A stretch of 64,000 bases of DNA from Patescibacteria group bacterium (GTDB taxonomy: Bacteria > Patescibacteriota > Minisyncoccia > Phycocordibacterales > Zambryskibacteraceae). Under the pieces are notes generated by a model. It had not been told where the DNA came from, did not search any database, and saw nothing but the letters and a program-made list of their open reading frames with translations. Shown piece by piece: positions 45,470 through 55,098 of the stretch; position 1 is the stretch's first letter, and each line of letters starts with the position of its first letter. Made by a program: the position numbers and the translations under genes. The stretch lies in contig SCSN01000016.1 in assembly GCA_004322205.1 (NCBI GenBank), forward strand, positions 27,118-91,117. The letters are read 5' to 3'.

Positions 45470-45874
45470 CCCGTTAGAGGCAGGCCCCGTTAGAAATTTT
45501 ACATTCAAACGAACGTGTACTTCCAACTTTACTGCATCTATTGTTAATACATCGGTGACTCATCTGGTTTGAAAATTTCTCGCGGGGCAGGTCGCGGTCA
45601 GCCAATCCTGTCTGGTGTTATTTTGGTAAATATTTCGTCCCGACATCATAATTTGTACCTGCCTACCACTGGTCCCACGATCGCTGACTCTAACGGGATC
45701 CATGCTCCTCTTTGGCAGTACTCAAGTATATACTTTCTAACTCTTCCGAGAACTTGATGGAAGAAGGAATTTATGTTGATAACATGTTGATGAATTGTGC
45801 AAAGGAAGCTCTTGCAAAATCAACTGTTTTTTCTCTTGAAAAAGTGGGTGGGAGACAATACAATAGGGCATAAT

Positions 45875-46009
45875 ATGTCCCAGACATATCAACCCAAGAA
45901 GCGCAAGCGTCGAAAGACCCACGGCTTTATTGTTCGAAAGCGAACGGCGGGCGGCAGGCGGGTCCTTCGCAGACGCCGCCGCAAGGGCAGAGGGCGGCTT
46001 GCTCTCTAA
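45875..46009 (+). CDS. rpmH: 50S ribosomal protein L34
   Basis: [44 protein letters not shown] is the L34 pattern. Confidence 0.85.
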   Translation: MSQTYQPKKRKRRKTHGFIVRKRTAGGRRVLRRRRRKGRGRLAL

Positions 46010-46012
46010 ATC

Positions 46013-46360
46013 ATGCTTCCGAAAAGCCGCAGAATCCCCCGCAAACTCTTTGCCACCATCTCCTTCGAGGGCGCTCCGCTCCGCACCCCTCTTTTTAACC
46101 TGCGGTACTCGCGGGGGCGGCGGTCGCCCAGCCGGGCGGCGGTGGTAGTTTCGGTTAGGGTGGCGCGCCGGGCGGCGGAGCGGAATCGTATCCGCCGCCG
46201 ATTGACCGCTGCCCTCGAATCGTATCTTCCCCAGCTCCAACCGGGTTTCTTTCTCGTTTTTTATCCAACGGCGGAAGCGCGGCGTGCGAAATTTTCACTC
46301 ATCCGCCAAGCAGTTGGCGGCGCTCTGGCACACATTGGCGCATTCCCACTTTCACAGTGA
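46013..46360 (+). CDS. rnpA: RNase P protein component
   Basis: It is a basic 115-aa protein in the conserved position after rpmH, and RNR-like motif remnants (NRIRRRL) are present. Confidence 0.75.
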   Translation: MLPKSRRIPRKLFATISFEGAPLRTPLFNLRYSRGRRSPSRAAVVVSVRVARRAAERNRIRRRLTAALESYLPQLQPGFFLVFYPTAEARRAKFSLIRQAVGGALAHIGAFPLSQ

Positions 46361-46415
46361 CGCTCCGCACGGTATAGAGCGTAGCTCTTGGAAGACAGCC
46401 GGGATATTCAACGAT

Positions 46416-47150
46416 CTATGTTTTACGTTCCGTGTTCTGCGATTTGAGTTTCTTCCGGACTACCAACTCCTGCCCCAGAGTGAAGAGATTGCTGGTGAAC
46501 CAATAAAGCGCAACAGCCCCGGAAATATTGTAGGAAATGAAAAAAACAATGATGGGAAAGACATAGCGCATCTGGATATTCATACTTCGCGCCAAATCAT
46601 CACGAAATGAGCGCACGGTAGACGGTTTGTGGGGTTGGACAGAAAAGCGAATTTGAAAAAAACTCGAGACGCCAGCCAGAAGAGCAAGCAGATAATTCTT
46701 ACCAGCGATATCAATGAGACCGAGGAATGCCATGTTGATATTTTCCGGCCTCGGCACGAAAGAGTAGAGCAGAGTTTCGTTGACGGCCGGCAGACCCGAG
46801 CGAAGAAAAACAAAGTATAGAGCGAGGACAATGGGCAGTTGGATGAAAATGACAAAAATACTTGAGAACGGGTTGACTTTTTTGGTTTTATAAAGATCCA
46901 TGGTTCGTCGCGCTTGCTCCTGCTTGTCTTTATACTTTTCTCGAATCTGTGTGAGTTCGGGTTCAATTTGTTTCATGGAAAGCTGAGCGGTGATAGCTTT
47001 CCGCGAAAGAGGAAAGAGAGCGAGCTTAACGAGAAGAGTGAAAAGAATCACCAACACTCCTGCGTCCAGCCACGGAAAAAAATCAAAGAGAACAATAAAA
47101 GCATTGTAGAGCGGCTGGAAAAAGAAGGTGCGAAAGAGTGATGAGATCAC
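46416..47150 (-). CDS. yidC: membrane protein insertase YidC (short form)
   Basis: It has five TM helices and the YidC/Oxa1 core pattern (…FPLSRKAITAQLSMKQIEPEL…). Confidence 0.75.
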   Translation of the reverse strand: MISSLFRTFFFQPLYNAFIVLFDFFPWLDAGVLVILFTLLVKLALFPLSRKAITAQLSMKQIEPELTQIREKYKDKQEQARRTMDLYKTKKVNPFSSIFVIFIQLPIVLALYFVFLRSGLPAVNETLLYSFVPRPENINMAFLGLIDIAGKNYLLALLAGVSSFFQIRFSVQPHKPSTVRSFRDDLARSMNIQMRYVFPIIVFFISYNISGAVALYWFTSNLFTLGQELVVRKKLKSQNTERKT

Positions 47151-47157
47151 AACATTA

Positions 47158-48426
47158 CTATAGTGTTTTGAGTGTCCAGAGAGTCAGGTCGTTCTTATTT
47201 CTGAAGAGAAGTAAGTCTTCTCTCGGAGAGAGTTGGGGATCAATGATGTCAATGTCTCCGCCACTCAAATCTTTGAGGTTAGCAACGAGCTCGGTTTCTC
47301 CCGTTTCCAGATTGAATTTCCAAATATCGTCGGAGAAGGAAACTATCCCCTGATACCACTGGTCGGGTAGCTCGCCGCGCAGCGCTGCCCGCGGCACACC
47401 GCAATAGAGGATCAAAACGGAGAGCTTACTCCAGACGCACTTCTCCGGGAAGGTGGCGGGAGAAACCTGCGTTGTCCCTTCTTTTCGGTTGAAGAGGTTA
47501 AGAAGGATTAGGTCTTGTCTACCTTCCGAAAAGATAGTCCACTCGCCGCCGAGGTGGGTTAAACTTGTGAAGGCTCCTTCACTCCGGAGAACTCTAGAGA
47601 AGTTTTTTGTTTTTGGGTTGAGGAAGAAGAGATAGCCGGGTGCCAGGACGCTCGATTTGCTGGTGAGGGCAATGGTGTCGTCCTTCGGCCAGAGAGCAGT
47701 CCATTCGGAGAGGGGCGACTGCCAGATGAGCGCTGGCTTGTCTCCCTCGGCAGTTCCGAGATAGCCGCGTGAGCCGTTTGAATCTTTCGCGACGTAGAAC
47801 AACTGGTTTCCTTTGGGTGAGAGAGCCAGAGCGGAGATATTTACCGGCAGGAATTTCACGCGGAGCCCCCCAACTTCTTGGCTTGTGGTGGTTGAGGTGG
47901 TTGCTTCCGTCAAAGTTGCGGCGAAAGTTTCAATACCTTCGTCTTTCTCGAGTTGGGCGAGGAAAAGCGAGCCGGACGGACCCCAAAGGACGTTTGCGAT
48001 TTTCGGTATTGTAGTGTTGCTTATTTTTTTCACCGAGCCCGTTTCTGGTTGGGACTCATAGACATGGCCGGTTGCAGCCTCAATGAATCTCACGAAAGTT
48101 ATTCCGGCGGCGCTGAATATTCCGGCGCCGGAAACCGGCACGTCGGAAATTTTCCTTAAGGCGCCGAAAGTTTGTGTTTGGAGCTGGGTTGCTTCTCCTC
48201 CTCCGCTCGGGACTGATACCGGCACGTTGGCTTGTGACCCCGAGGGCGGAGTACCAAAGGGAGATGTGCTCCCGCCAGTTTTTTCTTCTGGGTTTCCCTT
48301 TGAAAAGAAGAAGTACCACCCTCCTCCTAATAAGATGAGGAAGATAAGAATACCGATGCCTGTTAAAATCCTTTTATTCATGCTGATTAATATATGTGGA
48401 AGTGAGGTACAGCTCCTGTAACCCAA
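47158..48426 (-). CDS. hypothetical membrane-anchored / secreted protein
   Basis: It has an N-terminal TM region, a Gly/Pro-rich linker, and a large domain with no confident assignment. Confidence 0.35.
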   Translation of the reverse strand: MGYRSCTSLPHILISMNKRILTGIGILIFLILLGGGWYFFFSKGNPEEKTGGSTSPFGTPPSGSQANVPVSVPSGGGEATQLQTQTFGALRKISDVPVSGAGIFSAAGITFVRFIEAATGHVYESQPETGSVKKISNTTIPKIANVLWGPSGSLFLAQLEKDEGIETFAATLTEATTSTTTSQEVGGLRVKFLPVNISALALSPKGNQLFYVAKDSNGSRGYLGTAEGDKPALIWQSPLSEWTALWPKDDTIALTSKSSVLAPGYLFFLNPKTKNFSRVLRSEGAFTSLTHLGGEWTIFSEGRQDLILLNLFNRKEGTTQVSPATFPEKCVWSKLSVLILYCGVPRAALRGELPDQWYQGIVSFSDDIWKFNLETGETELVANLKDLSGGDIDIIDPQLSPREDLLLFRNKNDLTLWTLKTL

Positions 48427-49301
48427 ATATATCCTGCAGAGACCCCAGCTCTTACGAGCGCTTGTTTGTCTGCGTCTGTTTTTACCTCGTAAGCACCTTG
48501 GAAACCATTTCCTAGGGCTGCTCTTAAAACACTCTTTATCTGTTGTGCTGTTGGACTGGAAATATAGACGAAGTTTATGTCAACACAAGTTCCATTTCTG
48601 TGGCAGTCACTTAGATGTGGAACAGTGGGGGGCCAGGCTTCAGTTATCCAGTATGGTATACCAAGGGTCTGAAGATCTGTGTCAAGGTTTGTTAATTTGT
48701 CCGAGAGCCCCCTTTCTACTTGGTCGTTGTTTTTAACTCTGAAACCGAGTCTTCTTAGGGAAACACAGTTTGTGCATTGACAGGGAACTTGGCTACCTGA
48801 TGTTGTTCCAATACATATGCCTGTCGTCACAGCAGAAGGCTTGGCCACCGGCGGTCTCTGGGCTTTGATTTTGCTCAAGTCGAACTGAAGAGTTCCTGAG
48901 CTTATGGTGTTCAAGAGCGCGAAGGCGCCTATGGCAAGCACCAGTCCCCAGATGGCATTGGTTATAGTTTTCTTTCCCTCTTCCTTCTTGAAAACAGCGT
49001 CGGTTGAAAGGTACTCGATGCCGCCAATAACGATTCTCGCTACCGCCAGCACCCCGGCAATACCAATTGCCAAGTAGAAAATTTTAGGGATGTAGTCGGT
49101 TGGCTTTACCTTGCATTTTGGGTCCTTCACATAGTTGGGGTCGCTCGGGTCGCATGTCCCTACGGTGGTTCCCGGCAGAGGCGAGAGCGGTGTGTATTGT
49201 ATTCCTTGAGCGTCTAGAACGGTGAGGCTTGCAGAAAAAATAAAAATCGCAAGGAAGCTGGTTGCTAAAAGCCGGGGAATATTTTTTGTAGATGCATGCA
49301 T
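48387..49301 (-). CDS. secreted/membrane protein with two TM helices, possible VirB2/TrbC-like pilin of the T4SS-like cluster
   Basis: It has a signal peptide (MHASTKNIPRLLATSFLAIFIFSASL) and two hydrophobic helices (IFYLAIGIAGVLAVARIVIGGIEYL and AIWGLVLAIGAFALL) like VirB2-type pilins. The cysteine-rich C-terminal domain is unassigned. Confidence 0.35.
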   Translation of the reverse strand: MHASTKNIPRLLATSFLAIFIFSASLTVLDAQGIQYTPLSPLPGTTVGTCDPSDPNYVKDPKCKVKPTDYIPKIFYLAIGIAGVLAVARIVIGGIEYLSTDAVFKKEEGKKTITNAIWGLVLAIGAFALLNTISSGTLQFDLSKIKAQRPPVAKPSAVTTGICIGTTSGSQVPCQCTNCVSLRRLGFRVKNNDQVERGLSDKLTNLDTDLQTLGIPYWITEAWPPTVPHLSDCHRNGTCVDINFVYISSPTAQQIKSVLRAALGNGFQGAYEVKTDADKQALVRAGVSAGYIWVTGAVPHFHIY

Positions 49302-49302
49302 G

Positions 49303-50325
49303 CTATTGGCCAAATGAAACAAAGAAATCCTTCTTATCGGATTGGAGCAGGCGTGATATATTTTGCACCGAGAGCGAGATTTGCGATTTGCCCCGAGCTT
49401 CGTCTTCCTGTCGCAGAGTAATTGTGTCTCTCTCATCCTGGCTTTGCGCGGGGTTACTATTTAGACTCCACTGGAATTCAAGCTGTGGGTCGCCACGTTC
49501 CGCCGCGCTGAAGAAATAGGGAACGGCGAGTACTGAAACCTCCTTGTTCTTGAGAGCGAATTCATTTCCCACCGCCTGGTTGTAGAGGGGACCGAAAAGC
49601 GGGTGGTTCTCGTAGAAAACGATTCGCGGGCTGACCGGAGTTATGGTGATTGATTTTTTTGCCCGGAAACGCCCGTCGGTTGACTGCACCTCAACTGCCA
49701 CCACTTCTCTTTTTTCAAAAAGTGAGCCGGTGAAAGTAAAAGAACCTCTCCCGTAGCCAGAGACGCCACCGAGAACAGTTCCGTTGTTTGACCACTGGTA
49801 GATCAAGTTTTCTCTTGGCAGTGTTCGGCTGTTTGAATCTACAAAATGCGGCAGTGCCGCTACAGTGATGTCGCTTTCTTGCGAGTAGAGCGCTTTGCCG
49901 CGGTAGAAAGACGGCGTATATGTTCGTGCCTCCCATAGAAGATCAACAAGAGCCGGACGGATAGTGACCGTATCGCTAAATGGAAGACCATTCAATGGTT
50001 GAACGTAAATTCCAACCGTGGTAACACCGCCCAACCCTCCGGTGGTAATGACTAACCTCTTTTCACCCACGCCCCTTCTTTCAACTTTTCCGTTCACTGT
50101 CCAGCTAATGTTTGCTGCATTGAGATCAACTATAAAACTTTCTGCCTCAATCGAGACGCTCTCGTTTGGACCGGGAGTTTCCGGTATAAGAGTGACGGAA
50201 AGCTGTGATGCTTGAAGGCCGAAGTTAGCGAGCTGGGCAGAGAGTTTTCCTTGGAATCCGGGAAACAGAGTAAGAGCAACGAGAAGGGGGGAAATAAAAT
50301 ATACTATCGAGCTTCTCTTTTTCAT
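49303..50325 (-). CDS. hypothetical secreted protein
   Basis: It has a signal peptide (MKKRSSIVYFISPLLVALTLFPGFQG) and no other assignable domain. Confidence 0.35.
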   Translation of the reverse strand: MKKRSSIVYFISPLLVALTLFPGFQGKLSAQLANFGLQASQLSVTLIPETPGPNESVSIEAESFIVDLNAANISWTVNGKVERRGVGEKRLVITTGGLGGVTTVGIYVQPLNGLPFSDTVTIRPALVDLLWEARTYTPSFYRGKALYSQESDITVAALPHFVDSNSRTLPRENLIYQWSNNGTVLGGVSGYGRGSFTFTGSLFEKREVVAVEVQSTDGRFRAKKSITITPVSPRIVFYENHPLFGPLYNQAVGNEFALKNKEVSVLAVPYFFSAAERGDPQLEFQWSLNSNPAQSQDERDTITLRQEDEARGKSQISLSVQNISRLLQSDKKDFFVSFGQ

Positions 50326-50361
50326 GTATTTCTATTATACCTTTTCCCAGCGAAGTAGTTG

Positions 50362-50817
50362 TCAGGCAGCCCGCTGCAACTCACTGTCCTCGTTTGTTCT
50401 CGGTTCAATTTTTCCGACAACCCTCCCTTCTGTCGGTTGTGTTTTTCTACCAGCCTGGGGGAAGCCAGCGATTTTTTCTAGGGCTTGTATTCCAACGTGG
50501 GAGGCAAGCCGCTCCGCTTTCTCTATCCCGATGAGAAAGATAACTGCCACCGTCCAGCCCGGAAGGATGCTTAACACGGGGATTATCTCAATAATCGCGC
50601 CCGCGCCCATGGCAAGGGTTCTTTTGGGCGAAAGAAAGCTCCGCCCGTAAATTTTGAACCAGAGGTAAAAGGTCAGAAAGGCGAAAATCCAGATTATCCA
50701 ATAGACCATCTGTCCAACGATCGGCAAAAGCTGAATGCCGCCGCCGACAACGTCGTAGAGAAGAGCAACCGAGACCATAAGCCACATCGTGCCGTTGCTG
50801 ATTTCTTTTCGCTCCAT
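50362..50817 (-). CDS. small polytopic membrane protein in the T4SS-like cluster
   Basis: It has four hydrophobic helices. The start is trimmed to MERKEISNGTMW to abut the upstream gene. Confidence 0.35.
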   Translation of the reverse strand: MERKEISNGTMWLMVSVALLYDVVGGGIQLLPIVGQMVYWIIWIFAFLTFYLWFKIYGRSFLSPKRTLAMGAGAIIEIIPVLSILPGWTVAVIFLIGIEKAERLASHVGIQALEKIAGFPQAGRKTQPTEGRVVGKIEPRTNEDSELQRAA

Positions 50818-50818
50818 G

Positions 50819-52645
50819 TTATTGGGTGCCTTGCCCTTCAAGCTCTTGGCGCGCCTTTTGAATTGCCAAAATCTGTGATGGGTCGGAGGTGATAATTTGA
50901 TCTTCGGTATAAGAAGCGATGACCTTGATGGCGACGTGCTTGAGTCCGGCAAAGAAAATTCCCTCTCCAACGTTTGATTCAAGCAGAAGGTATTTTTCTT
51001 CATCGGTCAGGTTGAAAACCTCTTGAAGGTGGTCGATTGCCGTAGGCGACTGTTTCATCAGAAGTTGAATGGACGAATTGGTGATGATGGGAGTGCCGTA
51101 GGGCGAACGCAAGAAGTCGTCCACGTCTTGGGTAATGGTGGAGACTCCGAGGTAATATTTTCTTCCGCGCTTGGCGACGTTCAAAAGAAAAGAGGCGGTA
51201 TCTTCCGACTTCATCATCCACCAAGCCTCGTCAATCACCAGGAGCCGCTTCTTGAGTTCCTTGCGAATGGCGTTCCAAATATAGTGGGTGACGATGTACA
51301 TGGCGATGGGTTTGAGCTCGTCTTCCATGTCGCGCAGGGAGAAGACGACGAATTTTTTGTTAATGTCTACGTTGCTTGGCTGGTTGATGAAGCCTGCCCA
51401 GGTGCCCTTGGTGTATTTGGTAAGTCGCTGGGCAAGCGACTGCCCGCCCTCGAGCCCGGAGAGGACCAGTTCGAAGTCGGAGAGAAGCGGTGGCGAAGCG
51501 CTGCGAAAGTCGGAGTCGGGGGTGATGTCCTTGAGAGCATATGTCTCGGTGATGGCGCGATCAATGAGGGCGTCCTCCTCAGCGGAGAGCCCTCCGAGCA
51601 TCAGTCGAAAGAGACCGACGAGGTTTATGATGTTTGAACGCAAAACATTTGCTCCCGACTCACCCTCGGTCGGCACCGGCAGTTCAAAGGGGTTGATGTG
51701 ATGTTCTGAAGTCAGAGAGATTTTAAAATACCTTCCGCCGACCGCCTCTGCCATGTATTCATACTCCCGTTCGGGATCAATGACCATGATGTCGGTGTCA
51801 AACATGAGAGTGCGCAGAATCTCGAGTTTAGTGGCGTAAGATTTGCCCGCACCGGATTTGGCGAAAATGATTGAGTTGTAGTTCTCGAGCGAAAAGCGGT
51901 CGAAGAGAATGAGGCTGGAATTGTGTCGGTTGATGCCGTAGAGAATTCCCTTGTCAGAAGTGAGGTCAAAAGAAATGAAGGGGAAAAGGCTGGAGAGCGG
52001 TGTTGAGTTGAGTTTAGAGTTTACCGAAAGCAAATCTGTGCCGAGGGGCAGAATGGTCTTGAAACCCTGCTCCTGCTGAAAGAGCGCCGGTTTGACATAG
52101 ACAAGCTTGGATTCAAGGATGGAGCGGATTTCCGATTCAATCTTGTCAAGTTCAGCATCATCTTCGGCGTAGATAGAAATGTAGAGCCCGACGTCAAAAA
52201 GTTTTTCCTGCGCCTGCTGAAGGGCGTCGCGCAGGTTCTCAAGATCCTGATAGGCGGTGTCTAGCATGGGATCGCGCACCAGCCCCTTCTCCTCACGGGC
52301 GTGAATTTGGCTCTGCACTTCGGCGACCTTCTTTTGAAACTGCTTAAGAACCCGCGATGTCTCAATGGGGTGAATGAAAATGGAAACGTCAAAGACTCGG
52401 TCGAGGTTAATGATCGGAGCAAACCAGCTCTCTCCGAGAAAGCGCGGATAAGAGATGACAAAAAAGCTGCGGACGATTTTCTCTCCCAAGTTGAGTTCCT
52501 TAGGACTGACCTTGAGAGCGCTCGGGGCAATTATGTCTCTGAGCTCCAGAGTATTTGCCTCATATATCTCATGCGGCAAAATAGATACACCACCTTCTTC
52601 AGTTCCACTCCTCTTTTTTAATTTGAGAAAATCTAGTAAGGCCAT
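50819..52645 (-). CDS. VirB4/TrbE/TraC-family conjugal-transfer-type ATPase (ATPase portion)
   Basis: Walker A is AKSGAGKSYATK, Walker B is LLVIDEAWWMM, and GYPR...WL is the N-terminal signature of this family. Confidence 0.7.
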   Translation of the reverse strand: MALLDFLKLKKRSGTEEGGVSILPHEIYEANTLELRDIIAPSALKVSPKELNLGEKIVRSFFVISYPRFLGESWFAPIINLDRVFDVSIFIHPIETSRVLKQFQKKVAEVQSQIHAREEKGLVRDPMLDTAYQDLENLRDALQQAQEKLFDVGLYISIYAEDDAELDKIESEIRSILESKLVYVKPALFQQEQGFKTILPLGTDLLSVNSKLNSTPLSSLFPFISFDLTSDKGILYGINRHNSSLILFDRFSLENYNSIIFAKSGAGKSYATKLEILRTLMFDTDIMVIDPEREYEYMAEAVGGRYFKISLTSEHHINPFELPVPTEGESGANVLRSNIINLVGLFRLMLGGLSAEEDALIDRAITETYALKDITPDSDFRSASPPLLSDFELVLSGLEGGQSLAQRLTKYTKGTWAGFINQPSNVDINKKFVVFSLRDMEDELKPIAMYIVTHYIWNAIRKELKKRLLVIDEAWWMMKSEDTASFLLNVAKRGRKYYLGVSTITQDVDDFLRSPYGTPIITNSSIQLLMKQSPTAIDHLQEVFNLTDEEKYLLLESNVGEGIFFAGLKHVAIKVIASYTEDQIITSDPSQILAIQKARQELEGQGTQ

Positions 52646-52650
52646 ACGTT

Positions 52651-53304
52651 CTATGTTTGTAACTGAATCGGTTTCTCTGTTTCCCCCGGGTTCATGATTT
52701 TGTAGAAGAGCTCGATAATCTCTTCTGTTCCCAAGCGAACAACTCGCAAGCCCGAGCGCGCCAGCCCCTGCTCAACCACCGCCAGTCTTTGCTCCAGCTG
52801 GCTGCGGTTTTCCTCGAACGCCTCTTCTTTATTTTCGGAGACAGTTTGAGTGGACTGCTTTTTTGAAAGGAAGGGGATTTTTTGAACTACTCCCCCGCCT
52901 TTCATTTGAAGGAGGGCCGGAGTGTACGGAACAACCGCAAAGAAGTTTTTGGTCATAACATTAGTGCTCTCTGTAAAGGCGCGGATGAACTCAACGTATT
53001 CCTGAATTTGGATTTTGAGAAGGTCATTGGTGATGTTTTTCTTTTGATTTTCGAGTAAGGCAAGGTAGGGGCGGATGTCGTGCTTCCGCGATTGGACAAA
53101 GATTTGGAGAGAAAAATCGAGGGAATTTAGAAAGTCCTGAAATTGCAGTAAAATGGCCGTTTTCTCGTCTTCCGACTTGAGTGAGAAGTTGAGCGATGAG
53201 ACAAGCAAAATAGCTCGCAACCCCCCATCTTTGAGGATGACAACTCCGTCTCGAACATCTTCGATGGGAACAAATTCTTGAGTTGGTTTTGCAGCGACAG
53301 CCAT
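52651..53304 (-). CDS. VirB4 N-terminal-domain-like protein (separate ORF ending 6 nt before the ATPase ORF)
   Basis: …VILKDGGLRAILLVSSLNFSLKSEDEKTAILLQFQDFLNSLDFSLQIFVQSRK… resembles the CagE/TrbE/VirB N-terminal region. The combined length of 217 + 608 aa matches VirB4. Confidence 0.4.
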   Translation of the reverse strand: MAVAAKPTQEFVPIEDVRDGVVILKDGGLRAILLVSSLNFSLKSEDEKTAILLQFQDFLNSLDFSLQIFVQSRKHDIRPYLALLENQKKNITNDLLKIQIQEYVEFIRAFTESTNVMTKNFFAVVPYTPALLQMKGGGVVQKIPFLSKKQSTQTVSENKEEAFEENRSQLEQRLAVVEQGLARSGLRVVRLGTEEIIELFYKIMNPGETEKPIQLQT

Positions 53305-53391
53305 GGAAATAACTTACAACCCACAACCAACAACTTACAATTAAATTCTAACACATCTATTCTATGCTTTATTCTTTCAGCAACCTTTTGC

Positions 53392-53832
53392 CTAATTGTT
53401 TGCTTTTTCGTTGTAAGTTGTCTGTTGTTGTTTGTCTGTTGGTTGTTTGACACCCAGCGTCCAAGATAGATCACGAAGCTTGCTGTTGGAGAGACGGGGA
53501 ACGTAAAGCTGCGGATTTTCTTTTTCCTCTCCCGGCTTTTTTACTACTTTTTTCTCCCCCTTTCTCCAGAGATAGAGCCTGCTTCCAACCAAATACTTGA
53601 GAGCAGCCTCGAGGATGTTGATGAAAGGCTTATTGTTGACCTTAAAGAAGGCAAGGGCCAGGGAGAGAGCAACGATGGGAGCGGAAATGAGAAGGGCGAG
53701 AAATTTCGGGAGCAGGCTAAAGAAAACCATCACAAATCCTGCTCCTCCGGCAAGGTAGATAAATTGCCGCAGAGTGAGCGGCCCCACAATTTTGTCCTCA
53801 ACCTCGATGAATTGTGGAACTTGGAATCTCAT
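53392..53832 (-). CDS. PrgI-family protein (VirB3-like T4SS component)
   Basis: MRFQVPQFIEVEDKIVGPLTLRQFIYLAGGAG is the PrgI signature, and it has two TM helices. Confidence 0.6.
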   Translation of the reverse strand: MRFQVPQFIEVEDKIVGPLTLRQFIYLAGGAGFVMVFFSLLPKFLALLISAPIVALSLALAFFKVNNKPFINILEAALKYLVGSRLYLWRKGEKKVVKKPGEEKENPQLYVPRLSNSKLRDLSWTLGVKQPTDKQQQTTYNEKANN

Positions 53833-53872
53833 GTGGTGGAATAAGGAATGTGGAATAGTGAATAAAGAAAAG

Positions 53873-54241
53873 TTAGGAATAAAATTCTTTGGATTTGTTA
53901 ATCAATCCCCGACAAATCCTCTCCGCCTTCATGGACCGATTGTTTATCTTATCAAATTCAGCTTCTGAAATATATCCTATGTCTTTTGCTATGATCAGTT
54001 GGTTTTGAATTTCAATAATAGAACCGGGGGCAATTTGATAGAAATGATTTTTGTCCTTGTATGAAGATCTGCCGAAACCCTCAGCAATGTTAGACGTGAT
54101 TGATACAACCGCTCGCCTCATTTGATTTGCAAGACCGAACTGCTCTTCTTTTGGAAACTTCTTTGTGCTCCTGTAAATAAGAATTACAAGCCCGTGACTT
54201 TCTTTCCAAACGTCAAGGTCTCTGAATGACTGAATCTTCAT
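53873..54241 (-). CDS. four-helix-bundle protein (TIGR02436 / Avd-like)
   Basis: FRDLDVWKESHGLVILIYRSTKKFPKEEQFGLANQMRRAVVSITSNIAEGFGR...IAPGSIIEIQNQLIIAKDIGYISEAEFDKI is the classic pattern. Confidence 0.75.
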   Translation of the reverse strand: MKIQSFRDLDVWKESHGLVILIYRSTKKFPKEEQFGLANQMRRAVVSITSNIAEGFGRSSYKDKNHFYQIAPGSIIEIQNQLIIAKDIGYISEAEFDKINNRSMKAERICRGLINKSKEFYS

Positions 54242-54300
54242 TGTTCTTTATTCCCCATTCATTATTCAAATCCAACATTCTTGCAGCTTGAGTCTCGAAG

Positions 54301-55095
54301 CTAGATTGGTGGTTCGCGATACGGGTCCTGATCTCTATACTGCGCCACGCGGTCTTGTTCTTGCTCCGCTCCCTTGCCCGTTATCTCTGCGAGTTTTTCT
54401 TCAACTGCAGTTTGGAGCGGAACGTGACCAGCTTGGCTTGGAGAAGTGCTTGGAGCGGCGGCCTCCCCAGTGGGTAAATTAAAGAGCGGTTCGTTTGGTT
54501 TGCTCTCTGATTCTTGCTTCTCCGGCGGAGTCAGTTCTTCTCTATACGGCATAACATCTTTATTTATTTTTGGTTGTTGGTCGTTAGTTGGAGGTTGTTG
54601 GCTGTCTATCGCCTGCGCCTCTTCCCACCACTTTTTTTCTTGGAGTTGCGTTTGTTGTGTGAATGTTGTCGGAGTAGCTTGAGTCGGAGTTTCTGGTGCC
54701 GCTGGTGATTGAGCGTTGCTTGTTATTTGTTGCTCCATTGTCTGTTGTTGGCTGTTTGTCGTTGGTTGTAAGTTGTCCGGTTCTTTTTCCTTCGGTAGCC
54801 ACCCTTTAACTTCTTTGAAAATTCTTTCCTGCACTTCGGCATCAATGTCACGGGCAAACAGTTCGGGAATAGAGAGCTCTCTTTGGATGTTTGTCTTGAA
54901 GTCGCCAAAAAATTCCAGTCCGATCAGAACGAACAGCACCTCGTTTTCAAGAGCGGTAGATTGATCGCTAGAAAAATTATTTTTCTTTGCGATTTCAGAT
55001 ATTACCAAGGACCACCGATTCTGCGAGAGAAAATTTCTTATCTCCTTCGGCGCGGTTTTTATTTGTTCTCCTAATGTCTCTCGTGTTTCATCCAT
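54301..55095 (-). CDS. hypothetical protein with Q/T/P/N-rich low-complexity centre
   Basis: It is an ORF whose middle region is encoded by TTG/GTT-rich simple sequence. Confidence 0.35.
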   Translation of the reverse strand: MDETRETLGEQIKTAPKEIRNFLSQNRWSLVISEIAKKNNFSSDQSTALENEVLFVLIGLEFFGDFKTNIQRELSIPELFARDIDAEVQERIFKEVKGWLPKEKEPDNLQPTTNSQQQTMEQQITSNAQSPAAPETPTQATPTTFTQQTQLQEKKWWEEAQAIDSQQPPTNDQQPKINKDVMPYREELTPPEKQESESKPNEPLFNLPTGEAAAPSTSPSQAGHVPLQTAVEEKLAEITGKGAEQEQDRVAQYRDQDPYREPPI

Positions 55096-55098
55096 AGT

